From Ramazzottius varieornatus (lineage: Eukaryota > Animalia > Tardigrada), in assembly GCA_001949185.1 (NCBI GenBank), contig BDGG01000002.1:7492448-7556294 (forward strand): a stretch of DNA of 63,847 nt, read 5' to 3'. The notes under the pieces are model-generated. The model ran no database searches. It was not told the DNA's origin and saw nothing but the letters and a program-made list of their open reading frames with translations. Positions 1 through 11,256 of the stretch are shown here, piece after piece. Made by a program: the position numbers and the translations under genes. Within the stretch, counting starts at the first letter, position 1. Every line of letters begins with the position of its first letter.

Positions 1-814
1 TCGAACCAGTATGTACAAGTACCTCCTGGCATGGGAATGCACGTCGAAGTGAAGGATCCGGATCAGAAGCTTATAATGGGCAGAACTTACGGAGCAGAGG
101 GCAAATTTACCTTTACTTCACATACTCCGGGTGAACATACAATGTGTCTATCGACAAATTCATCCCGATGGTTCGGCGGGAGCTCACTGGTAAGACCGGC
201 TTCTCTTGCTCCTGCAAAATGGAATCTTTCGGACATCGGCAGATGATTTTCCCCAGATTGTTAAGTGGCGCACGGTCTTATTTTCATTAGCTGGATGGGT
301 GCGCCACTTCGTAAAACGATCTGTTTAAATTCGTTTGTCGATATAGCAGATTATGTCTCCGTTTGGTGTTTCCTTGTTTTTGTGCTAATCAGGTGCTGAC
401 AAACTCGCATCTAAATTCTTGGACCTCGTTTCACAGAGAATCCATCTGGACGTATCAATCGGAGAGCATACGAATGACTACAAGGAAATTGCTGAGAAAG
501 ATAAACTGTCGGAATTGCAGCTGCGAGTACGACAACTTCTGGACCAAGTAGACCAAATCACGAAGGAACAGAACTATCAAAGGGTAAGTGACTACTAGAG
601 AAGGTATTTTATCCTTCTGCGAGTTTAAGAGACTGAGTTTTATTACCGGAATGGTGATCCGTAGGTTAGAGAAGAGCGATTCCGGATAACCAGCGAGAGC
701 ACGAACCAGCGCGTTTTATGGTGGTCTTTCATTCAAGCTGGTGTTTTATTAGCCATTGGCTTCTGGCAGATGCGCCATCTCAAGAGCTTTTTCGAGGCCA
801 AGAAACTGGTATGA
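1..814 (+). CDS. TMED9: p24/emp24/gp25L family cargo receptor (TMED4/9-like), 5'-truncated by window; exons <1-189, 437-583, 665-814
   Basis: GOLD-domain [17 protein letters not shown]; spliced continuation [11 protein letters not shown]...[23 protein letters not shown]|[21 protein letters not shown]...[14 protein letters not shown] with FF and dilysine tail; GT-AG introns keep frame. Confidence 0.93.
232..343. repeat. Intronic palindromic element, copy 1 (core 263-309)
   Basis: AAGTGGCGCAC(263-273)-25 nt-GTGCGCCACTT(299-309); outer arms acatcggcagatga..cagattgtt / aacgatctg..ttcgtttgtcgat; inside TMED intron 190-436. Confidence 0.8.
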
Positions 815-1731
815 ACTCACAGATTATATTTAGTTTTTCCGTTCCAACTTTATGAAACCATCAGAAGCAAAATGCGCCCGCGGGCCGTGGCAAGAACATC
901 GTGCGCAAGTCCGCTGTTGTAAAACAGAGCACTGTTTTTCACAGTCATACTTTTTTTCTACTTTTGTCATTCTCTCGTTTGAATGAATGTCTCAGAATGC
1001 TCTTCGATGATAAACCCAAACTTTTCGCAGGGTGTTGACTGTGTTCGCAGTGATACATAGGTAGAACCGTAGATGGATACTTCTTAACCCAAGCGTTGTT
1101 TACAGTAAGGTGGCTCTTTCTCACGCGCCACGGCTTTTGGTTTCTTAAGTCTTCAGCGATCCGTAGCAATACTCTACCCACCAAATGCCGCTTGTACTGA
1201 CGTGCTCTTCGATGTTCTTCACATGTAAAGTACGAGACAGGAGTGTCTGATTTTAGACGTGGGACTCGACTCGGGAGTCGTCAAACAGGTGTGATAATTC
1301 TCGTGTCTCGTACTTGACAATATATTTGCAGGATTATGTAGACACCGCATTGATTCTTGTCGACATAGCTGTTTATGTTTACTTACTGCAGGTCTCCAAC
1401 AGACTCTTGCTGTTGTTTCAGCGGAGAGCTCGAACAATAGCCACGCAATGGCCGTATCTTTGCTCAAACAATGGCATTACAATCCAAACTTGTGACGCCG
1501 TTTTCACAACCGGCGCGCAAGTTTACCCAACATGGTACGATCTCCTTGTGCAAAGCGCATTACCATTCTTTCCCAGTCTCTCAGGAACCACAACGACCAT
1601 TAACTGAATCCTCAGCCATGGAACCCACTGAGTTTCTCACGTCACCGCCAATCTAACTTTGTGAAATCCGCAGCTCCATCAAGATGATTTTTATTAGCAC
1701 ATGACATCGAATTTGTTTTCCGCAGTCCGCC

Positions 1732-3070
1732 ATGTTCGGACTATCCAGCGGAACTTTCGCTGTCTTCGACACTATCTTCCTCATATCTTCCTGCCTTCTT
1801 AACCTCACTTCCTTCTTCTGTCATCCTTGCACGTGCGGAAAACAGCGATGCCTCGTGACAACCCTCTTCCTAACGGGGAACCTTCTGGCTCTCGCTTTGT
1901 ATATTCCCGATCTCGTAGCGAAATATGGCTACCCTTTACCGGTCCTCGACTCGATCTGTTCCTTCAGCTTTGTCTCATCCAACCTACTCTGTACGTACTT
2001 CGTCACGCTGGGTGTCCTTCGGAAAGTTCTGTCCACCCCCAAGCTCACCAGATACCGCATTTACTTCTACGCGAACCTGGTGTTGGCTCCCTTGATCGCA
2101 ACAGCTATCCAAGTCATGTACACCAAAGCGGCCATCGAAGAACCGCTGTATGTGCAGCTGACCATGTCTTCGCTCCGTTATCCGGAGAAGGAAGTAACCA
2201 TTCCGATGCTGACCTGCGTGAGGAGCCTTTGTGGGTCCTCGGATGTCTTTCTGACTGTCTTCAGTGGCCTGGTTCCTTCGCTGATTCCACTCGTATCACT
2301 CTCGGTGTGCTTCCTTGTTTCTTATTCCTCCGAAAAGAATAAACCGCAGAAAGTCAAAGAGAAACAGCAGAGGGAAGACAGCATCTGCGAAATGTTGATT
2401 CCGCAGTATTGTCAAAGAGAACAACAAAGTTGGCCGGTAAGATCGACTCTTCTGTAACGTATTCATACTGTGTTACTGTGCTTTCTGGTCAAGTTTAATC
2501 TAATTTATCTTGTGCGTGTACTTGAACTGTCGGCAAATGAAACGTATAGGATCGTTATTTCACCTGGCGCACATTTACATTGTTTTCAGCTGGAAGCTTG
2601 CGCTGCTTGACAGACGATGCTGTACTCGCGAATTTCGTTTGTCGGCTTTCCCTTTGACCATTTCTTTCCAGATCGTGAAATTTGTCCTGGTGTTGTTCTT
2701 CGCTTGGACGATCTTTGCAAAGCCGATTACGTTGACGCTCACTCAACTTCCGCGGTTGTACTCGGTCGAGGAACCCGACGAAGCTACGGTCTATGCCTGT
2801 TCGAGTTTCTGGGACATCGGCAACCATATCATTCAGTGCATATCGGTCAGCGTGGCCCCACTTCTCCTGATAGTTTCCTCCAAGCCCTGGTCGATGTGGC
2901 GATTCAAGCAGTATGATGTCTCGTGGGACCGGAAGAGCCAGAAGAGCTCCAGCTTTGTGGACCGGCCAATAAGCGTCATGGGCTCCATGACCAACATGGA
3001 CATTGGGACCTTCACTTGGGACACGTTTGCCTACTCACCGCGGAACTCGAAACAGGCAGATGACGTTTAG
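1732..3070 (+). CDS. Orphan multi-pass membrane protein, probably a divergent 7TM/GPCR; exons 1732-2436, 2672-3070
   Basis: ORFs 1732 and 2510 join in phase 0 across GT-AG intron 2437-2671; about seven hydrophobic segments, a charged loop (EKNKPQKVKEKQQRE) and a Ser/Thr-rich cytoplasmic tail; canonical DRY/NPxxY not seen. Confidence 0.6.
2524..2650. repeat. Intronic palindromic element, copy 2 (degenerate core 2563-2608)
   Basis: CCTGGCGCAC-25 nt-TTGCGCTGCTT with outer arms gtcggcaaatgaaa..gatcgtt / gacgat..tttcgtttgtcggc; in intron 2437-2671. Confidence 0.65.
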
Positions 3071-4124
3071 ACGGACTAAACCTTCTTTGATTTCTTTTAC
3101 AGGCTGTAAGCTCTCAGGCAAAGAAAAAGAAAGAAGAAATTTTCATTTTGTCGTCTACTTGAGCGTAAATTTGATAAAATCTTCCGACATGGAAACAAAG
3201 TTCGGAAAACTGTAAGGAAAATGCAAGATCATGAGAACCGAAAACAGTATCGAACGAGTTCCAGTTTAAGCGGACCGAAGTTGAAGTGGAAGTCGTCGGG
3301 AAAAGCGATGGGCGGTGGCTTAAAATCTGGGATCTTGACGTACTTGTCCATGGTCACGAGAAGTCTTCCGAACAACGCCAGACCCATTGACTGAAGTTTC
3401 CGTCCGTCACACGTCGCTTAAGTCGTCAAATCACGCTTGCGCAAATCACTCCAATGGTCGAACTCGCTGATCATAAAATAACACACAAACCGATGTGAAC
3501 TAAATTCCGCGATAAACCTATTAAAGTTAAACTTATTGTCACCGCCGCGATCGAACAGACCTTTTTGTTTTCCACATTTCGTCCAAGTATCGAAGCGTCT
3601 GCAGACCGCTCGCACAGTCCTCCAGGAAAGCGATTCCCATAGCTCGACTCGTAATTCGTTTCAGTTCGGACGCCCAGGTAGTGGACACTCTGCAAACAAA
3701 AACAAAAACAACTCTGGAGTTTTTTGGTTCTTGGTTTATTGTTTAAAGTCCCACAGCACGGGAACAAGTCCCATCAAGGCCACAAGACGTCTCACATCGT
3801 AAATGATTCGATTAAAAAATTCTTCAACAGTCAGAATGACTTCAAAAACTTTAGGGCTGGCGGTTGGTGATTTTGCCATTTTGGCGGATGTTGATTTTGC
3901 CATATTTCTTTGTCAGAGGACAATTTGCGGTTCGCATTTTGCCAACAGGGCTGCCGAAACTGTGGGCGACCGGATCCACTCACTAAGGAGTTTTCCCCGG
4001 TCCGTGGTTCCGTCTACAATCAACCATCGCTAGGTCAACATTAGTGTGACTGTCGCAGGAGGGCTCCGTATACCACTTTCCCATAAGATTTGTCTTGACC
4101 ACCCTTTCGAGATCTCGAGGCAGA

Positions 4125-7100
4125 TCAAAATAGTAGTTCTGAGGGAAACAGACGATTCAGTAACGAAAAGGACTTCCAGTCACCAGGTTTCAAAGCAAGG
4201 TCAAAGTTCCATTTATTCTCAAAGGCAGCAGCTGGAAAATCTAGTGCATTCCACAAGTTGCACATGATCCCGACGAAGGAATCAGGACTGGTGGGTATCT
4301 TGCGACCATTCAGAAAAGACCCAGTGGGTTGGATGGGACAGGGATGAGAACGTATTCGGTTCAAACTTCGCCTCGAGGTCGAGGGACCATTTTCTTCCCG
4401 TATTTCTAATGGCTGAAATAGACAAAAGCCCAACGGCACAGAACCAACAACAAATTTATATACAAGTGATAAAGAAAGGTTCACCCGACGAATCAGCTGA
4501 CTATTCCACCCAACTTCGGAAGCGTTATGCTGGTAGCGCTCATGGTCTGAATAGCTAGAACTGTCACCAAGGCGAACGGTGCGGAGAAACTTACCGGCGC
4601 ATTTTTCGATCTCTCTGACGGTACCTCCCAGTAGCGACCACACCACAGATGGACAGTAGTCGAAAAGAGACTGCACCAGAGCATCAAACAGCTTGATGCG
4701 AGCCGCCGATTCACGGTACTTAAATAGAGAATTCAGGTGACGGATGCGTTTTCGAGCTGTTGCACATTTTGCAGACCAGTGTGCTGTCCAGTTTAGTCGG
4801 CCATCAATGTGAAGACCCAAGTACTTGACGGTGGATACACTAGGCACGACGACTCCGTCCAGTTGGTATTCAGCACTTCCTGGACTTCTTCGTCGGCTTA
4901 GGCGAAGGTGAGAGGACTTTGTGAGGTTGAAGGTGAGCTGATTGGATCTGCCCCAGGCGGAGATGCTGTTCAGATCTATTTGGAGAGTAACGCAGTCAAC
5001 GGCAGTTTCTTGAGGACGGGATACTAGAATATCGTCTGCGAAAAGACTAAGACAGGTGCCAGGTGATACAATGGTATTTATGTCCGACATCAGAGCAATG
5101 AACAAAATTGGACCAAGAATGGAGCCCTGAGGTACTCCACTAGTAACTGGCAGATAATCCATTCACAACTACCACCTGTTTTCAGTTCGACAGATAGCTG
5201 TCGAGTAATCTTCTACATTGAAGAGGGACCTGAAGTCGCTCAAGTTTCTGCAGAATCACTTTGTGATCGACACGATCAAAAGCCTTTGTGCAATCAAGAA
5301 ACACCGCATCGATTTCCCCTTTACTGTGTAACACATCTGCCCAGTACTGACTAATCAGCAAACTTGCTAGCTCTGTTGAATGGCCCTCTCGAAATCCGAA
5401 CTGACTAGTGCCAAATGCGTTTCTATCTCCCAAAAAGTTTCGCAATCGCTTACCGATTATTTTTGCAAAACATTTGGAAAGAGGGTGCAACATGGAAATG
5501 GGTCGCCATGAAGAAGCTGACGTTGGGTCTTTAGTGGTCTTTGGAATGGGGGTGACATACTGGGTTTTCCAGCAGTCGAGAAAATATCCGGCGCTACAAC
5601 AGAGGTTAAACAGTTTTGTAAGTGACAGCAAGAGTGCATTACCTGTGCGGTGCAGCAGCGCCACAGTAACTTTGAAGGGTCAATTCGACTTCTTCGAGTC
5701 CAAGCTGTTGACTGCTTGTAGGACCTCATCTTCAGTGATGGATGGCCACACTGCGTCTGGGTCGCTGTAGAACAGAATCGCTGGCGGTTGTGCATAGTGG
5801 CCAATACAGGGCAACATGACGTTGATGAAGGCAGAATTGAGAAGTTCTGCACGCTGCGCGTCGTCGTAGTGGTGGTCGCCATTGATATCAGAGATCGGTG
5901 GTAGAGGTTTCTTGTCAACACTTGAGCGAACGTGGTTCCAGAACTTCTTGTTGTTACGACGAGAGGCGGTTGCAACTTCCAGCAAATTTCTGGTGTCGCC
6001 CTTCTCAACAGCAATCTTGAGTTTCCGCGAGCTGTCTTTCTACATCAATCGAAGAGCTTGTTTCAGTGGAGGCATCGTGCACCGTATGAAATTGTCGAAC
6101 CCTTTTTTTCTTCCGTTTCAGCTTCACAACTTCCTTCAGATCAGTGCTGAAGCTCGTCATTTCTTCATTCGTAACATACCGATGAAACTGTAGGGCTACT
6201 GCTAGCAGAGCGTCTTCGAGGCTTTCAGCAGCATCGTGAAATGACGCTCTATCGAACAGTTGTTCCAGATGCGCATGGCGTACCGCTTCAATAAACTCTG
6301 TCTGTCTTCCATGGGCAAACTTTCATCGTGCTTTCTGCACTGGTTGTAGTTTCTGCTTCCGGACGTGGAGCTTGAATTCTTGTCCATCATGATCGCCTTC
6401 TGCAGAAGGAGGGAAAATTAATTGGATTTCTGTAACTAGAAAAGTCCTCGGGGTAAAGACAGGAAAAGTTATCAGCTGTCTCATCGACATCTCTCTACAA
6501 AGCACCAACGAAACTCGACCATTCTGCGCTATTGACGATCGCTTCTCCCAATCAACCTCCGGAGTATTAAAGTCTCTGACAAGAACCAAGTCGTTAATTA
6601 TTTCATGTGAAAAACTCGCAAGGTGCTCACAGTCGCGAAATGTCCTGCACCACTCTGTTCGGTGGTGCATAAAATACTCCCACGATTACAATCACTGCTG
6701 GTAGTTCGACAGTCAACAACTCAAGATCACTGCACTCAAGATCACCTCTGTAACGGGTATGTAAGCAAAGGATGGGGTTCCTATGGACTAGCTCCTTGGA
6801 ACTGGAACTGGATGGAATTCCGAAGAGTTCCTAAATTCCCGTATTCTAGTTTCCAAATCAAACAGGTTAAAAATCGGAATTCCAAAAAGTTAATCAAAAG
6901 TATAGGAAACAGTAGGAACAGCAATTTACTGCCGAAAATCAGGTCTAAATACTGTAACAGAAATAGTAGTAATAATAGTAAACATCACATGTTCTGTTCA
7001 ACCGGCGGTTTGTACCCAAACAAATCGTTTAACGTGAAGGAATCTACAGTTACTGAAACACTGAATAGCTCGGCCGCATCTTCAACGCCAGCTTCCAAGA

Positions 7101-7783
7101 AAACATCAATAAAGTCCGAAAACTCACCAACAATACTTTGCTGGTTAGTCAACGTGCTTCCAGTGTCAGCAGGTGCGCACCCCGTCGGCTCGACCAAGTC
7201 GATCAAATTCACCTCTCCTACTTCCTTTTCGAGATCCGTACTAAAGTGGCAATTACCGTACTAAAAAGGCAAGAAACTCCCAAAAATTTAATTACTTGGT
7301 GGAAGCTTTCGCAGTCCCACTGTGCCAAGTCAGCTATATTAGATCGCAACTGGAATTCCAGATAGGTTCCTGGTTTCCAAACAGGAACTCCAGTTCTCCA
7401 CATTGATTGACAGTGCTGGAATTCCAAATCGCGTCTAGTTTTCCAAATAGGAATTCCAGTGCTCCGAATCGAGTTCAGCTGGAACTGGAAGGAATTCCTA
7501 TGCTCCTATAGGAATTGGAATGGAACGGAACTTGGAACCCCCATCCTTAATGTAAGCCCATCTTCTTGACAATCAAAGCCACCCCACCATACCCATCCAG
7601 ACGTCCCTTTCTGAAAACCTTGACACATCGTAAATCAGCAAAAACATTGTCGGCTATGCACCCGTCATCCCACGTTTCCGTTAAGGCGCAAACATCGGTT
7701 TCAGAGCACCACGACTTCACCTGTGCAGTATTAAATTTTTCACCTGTGCGAATATTACAGTGACGAAACATCAAAGAATTCAA
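4125..7783 (-). pseudogene. LINE ORF2 (AP endonuclease + reverse transcriptase), broken by frameshifts, stops and an insertion
   Basis: Fragments 7547-7783, 6323-6670, 5680-5985, 5182-5664 and 4125-5162 carry the motifs in the expected order in different frames. Confidence 0.88.
6767..7549. mobile_element. Non-autonomous hAT-type DNA transposon (783 bp) inserted in the LINE endonuclease
   Basis: 8-bp TSD ATGTAAGC at 6759-6766 and 7550-7557; TIRs aaaggatggggttcc / ggaacccccatcctta; subterminal GGAAC/GGAAT repeats; LINE endonuclease sequence resumes on the other side. Confidence 0.85.
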
Positions 7784-7827
7784 TTTGACATTGGATTTTG
7801 CACTTTGAAAACTAGGCGCTTGCTGAC

Positions 7828-8941
7828 TCAGCGAGTCGCTCGCGCCCCCACTGCGTTTTTTGCAGCGGAAACCTGTTGGTTACGTCGCTCAGTTGTTGTT
7901 TTAGCCACCAGACACAACCAAGTCTGGAACGCGCCATGTCTGGGAACATTCTCCATATTGACTTTCTTCTCCACGCAGTTGCAGCATTTCAGGTCTGGAC
8001 TGGTACACTCACGAGTTTCATGGTCAATCGAGGCACACTTCCCACACCGACGTTGCTTACAGTTCGCAGCAATGTGGCCAAAACCGCAAAACACTGGGTC
8101 GACTTCTCTTCAATTCTGCATCTGATGAAAATGTTCATCAAGATATATCCTTTCGCCAGCAAGGCGAATTTGCTCTGTTCGGACACTTCCAGTAGGTACG
8201 GTCGTGTAGTAGAATCATCTCTGCCGAGTTTCTTCAAGACAGCACATTCATCCGACTCCACTCCAGGCCAATGTCTTTGCAGGTGTTGGAGCGCATCTTG
8301 CTGGAGTGGAGTCGGATGAATGCGCTGTCTTCTGGTTCCGTCACATCCTGCGGAACAAATTTAACCACTACTTGAGGCTTTCGAGGAAGGCTTACCGTGT
8401 ACTTCGTCGTAGCAGAACAATTCTCAAGGGCAGTCTTGGCCTTATCACGATCTTCTCTGGTCGCAAATTCGTAAACAGCACCGTTGTTCGCAGTCGATCT
8501 AATTCCTCCTAGCTTGACTTGATAACTTTCAAGCCCCAAAGCTGTCTTCACTTTACTGCCTAGTTCAGTGAGCTCACGGTTTGACTTCCGGTGGCCATTC
8601 TGCTCTCCCCCGTCGACAGGCTTTAGGATCAGGACGTTTGGGTTTCGTTTGAACATGTCAGCAAACGTGTTTTTGACAGCAGTTGTACGGAAGATTGACT
8701 GTGCTTCTTGTGCAGCTTGCTTTGTAGCGTTACGAATTCCGTCTTCAATCTGTGCTGGTAGCTGTTCGATCTTCTCCGCCAGCATTCGTACAATCGATCC
8801 TTGCACCTTAAGCAATCCGGAGCTCAGCAGCAGGATATACTCCTTCACCTTGGCCGTGTCTTTCGCAAACACTTTCGTCTGGACAGTCTTGAAGAAGTCT
8901 CCAACAGACGTGCACCAGTCAGCGATTTCCACAGGAGCCAT
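7828..8941 (-). pseudogene. LINE ORF1 (gag-like nucleic-acid-binding protein with zinc knuckles), frameshifted
   Basis: C..GFGHIAANC, CGKCASIDHETREC, CCNC...H knuckles directly upstream of ORF2. Confidence 0.8.
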
Positions 8942-9170
8942 TTCGTACGGTTGATTGATTGAGCAGTGCTCGACCTGTAAATCACAACACCTCCACCGAT
9001 CGAGATTCCACCCTCACCTTCGAAAAACTGCACTCAACACGATGTTGGAGAACTGTATAATGATATTCCCAAGGTAGAAGGACAGAAGTATCGTAGAAGC
9101 AAAACGTGCGGAGGAGTTTATGACGCTGGAATATCCTCCATACAACCATGCATAAAACAGGCGGAAAAAA

Positions 9171-9249
9171 ATCAGAGATTCAGGAACCTCAATCAAGATA
9201 AATCCGCTGGCATCAGAGATTCAGGAACCTCAATCAAGATAGATCCGCT
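9171..9249. repeat. Two-copy direct repeat (41-bp period) in the LINE 5' region
   Basis: atcagagattcaggaacctcaatcaagata(a/g)atccgct at 9171-9208 and 9212-9249. Confidence 0.9.
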
Positions 9250-9742
9250 TAGCCGTATACTTGACCTCTACTTTCTCGTCCTCTTCCGGAACTCTTGTCA
9301 CCTGTATGGGCCTGCGACGCAGCGTTCGTGGTCAGTCCACCAAAGGGTCACTGTTGAGCGATCCCTCCTTTTCCTGGAACATTGTTGTGACGCGCCTATA
9401 CTAGATAGCCGAGAGGGCGATGGAATCAGTCAAGCATCTAATCCCGAAATATGCAAAATTCTGGTCCAACTCTGAATCTGCGATTCTGAAATCTGAAGAA
9501 AAGAAAAGCGGAGAGGGTTGCAGTACCGGTACGTCAGTAAGAGTACTGTAGTGGACAGTTGTGAACATCTAGTCATGGGTTGGCACCGTCAGGGCTGTGC
9601 CGCCGTTTCTTGCTCAGCCTGACGTCATTCGCTGTTTTGGTTTTCGATTTTCAATCTCTAAAGTCCTTGGCCTGGATTCCGGAACTCCGGATGCGGACTT
9701 TGCAGAATGCTCCCGTTGTTTGGCTGAGGCGAACGGAGAAGG

Positions 9743-11060
9743 ATGGAAGGTATCAGAAAAGGACCAAGAGATGAGACACGGAAAGCAACAGGTGGAGGAA
9801 TCTGCGTGTCCCGTCACCAACCTCGGACTGGTGAGTCAAGCTGCTACTGCCTTTCTTCAATCGGATGATGTCGCGCTCTTCTTCCAGAGGCAACGCCACA
9901 AGATGTGTGGTGCTCTCCGGGTGGGATACCTTTGTCTTCGGCTCACAGGCTACGCCTGCTCAATGAGATCAAAGATGGCTGGATTGATGACTTTATCGTC
10001 ACTGCTGCGATGAATATGTTGAAAGTGGAACATCCACATATGGGCAAGTTTTCCATTGTGAGCTCTGAATATTACATCGTGACGCCGTTGATGGTTTTTG
10101 TTCCTCTAGGCGGACTTCGGCCTTCGTCGGACTTCTACGGACAAGAGCGAGCAAATCGATCGGAGCGTCTACTACAGCTTGTACGACTTCGCGGAAAGAT
10201 TTTCGAGCATGGTTACGTTCGACCCGACAAACGTCAAGCCCAGATCCTGTACACTGGACGAAGCCACTGGGTACTGATCAGTAATTACCACGACCAAGCT
10301 GAGAACGTCGTCTACGTCTACGACAGCTTCGAACAGCCAACGCCAGAATTCCTACTGGAGAAGATCGCTGCCGTTTTCCGCTTCTCCGACGTCTCAAAAT
10401 TCCGCGTCATCTGGCCCATGGTGGATCAACAGAAGAATAATAAAGATTGTGGCATCTTCGCCATCGCTTTTTTGGTTGCACTCTGTCAGCAGAATGATCC
10501 TACAGGACTAAAGTTAGAATCCTCGGAGGTGAGCTCGATCGGAATTTGTGGGGGAAAATTACTATATAGTTTACTTCCGGTACATGTACCTACACACTCC
10601 AAGCCGGATATCTGTAGAGAGGCGGAAGTATGCAGGTGCGGAAACTCGTGTAATCATCTCATTTATCCAATTTATTTTGTTGTTTCAGGTCTTACGAGAG
10701 CATGTGATCCGTTGTTACGAGTCGGGTACATTCTCCTCAGCCGATCCTTTTCCAACAAGACTCCGAACTCTGCAGCCAACCTTCTTCCCGATGAAAGTCT
10801 CTAAATTGGTGAGGCACGGTTTTCGCATTGCGAAGCGTAATCTGATTCTCCGCGAAAGAGCTGTTTCCGTGATCTGCTTCTGCCGCATGCCACCCGGAAA
10901 AGCTCGTAATGATCGGACTGTGATATGCCAAAGTATCCCCTGCATGACCAAACGATTCCATGAACGGTGTATAGTTTGTATCGATGACACTTACCGCGAA
11001 TGTGATTTCAAACGGTGGACCTGTGCTCCGTGTCGTGCTTTGCACGAACCCGGAAGCTGA
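9743..11060 (+). CDS. Ulp1/C48-like (SUMO/Ub-like) cysteine protease with C-terminal PHD finger; multi-exon, start uncertain
   Basis: WIDDFIV, HWVLIS, VYVYDSF, QQKNNKDCGIFAIAF (His-Asp-Gln-Cys set); C-terminal CFC...C...C..RFHERC...WTCAPC; short GT-AG introns near 9831, 10050 and 10530. Confidence 0.75.
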
Positions 11061-11256
11061 CTCTCTCCCTCTTTGTACCGGATTAATTTTGTACTACCTC
11101 GAAGAGTTTTCAATCCTTTTACCTTTTATGCCTAACTGTGGTTTGTTACGCGAATGTCTTTTCATCTTGCATGGACCGATGTCAAACCGATGCCACGGAC
11201 GTGAAGATTATGAATAAATTTTTTCTGTGAACAAAATGGTTATTTTCTCGTGCTGT

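Larger units (their letters stand above)
3720..9290 (-). mobile_element. Decayed near full-length non-LTR retrotransposon (LINE; CR1/L2/Jockey-like) with ORF1 and APE-RT ORF2; ends approximate
   Basis: RT motifs WRPISML, QFGFR, AVFLDCTKAFDRVDH, SGVPQGSILGPILF, FADD, KYLG; endonuclease motifs ALTETW, GGVALIVK, DFN; Cys/His knuckles in ORF1; AATAAA plus A-rich tail on minus strand at ~3720-3745. Confidence 0.9.

Noticed and set aside
6623-7264. 213-aa plus-strand ORF
   Set aside because: It straddles the LINE/hAT junction and low-complexity subterminal repeats; no protein features.
3709-9475. Target-site duplication for the LINE (caactctg at ~3709 and ~9467)
   Set aside because: The match is short and the 5' boundary is undefined, so it could be chance.
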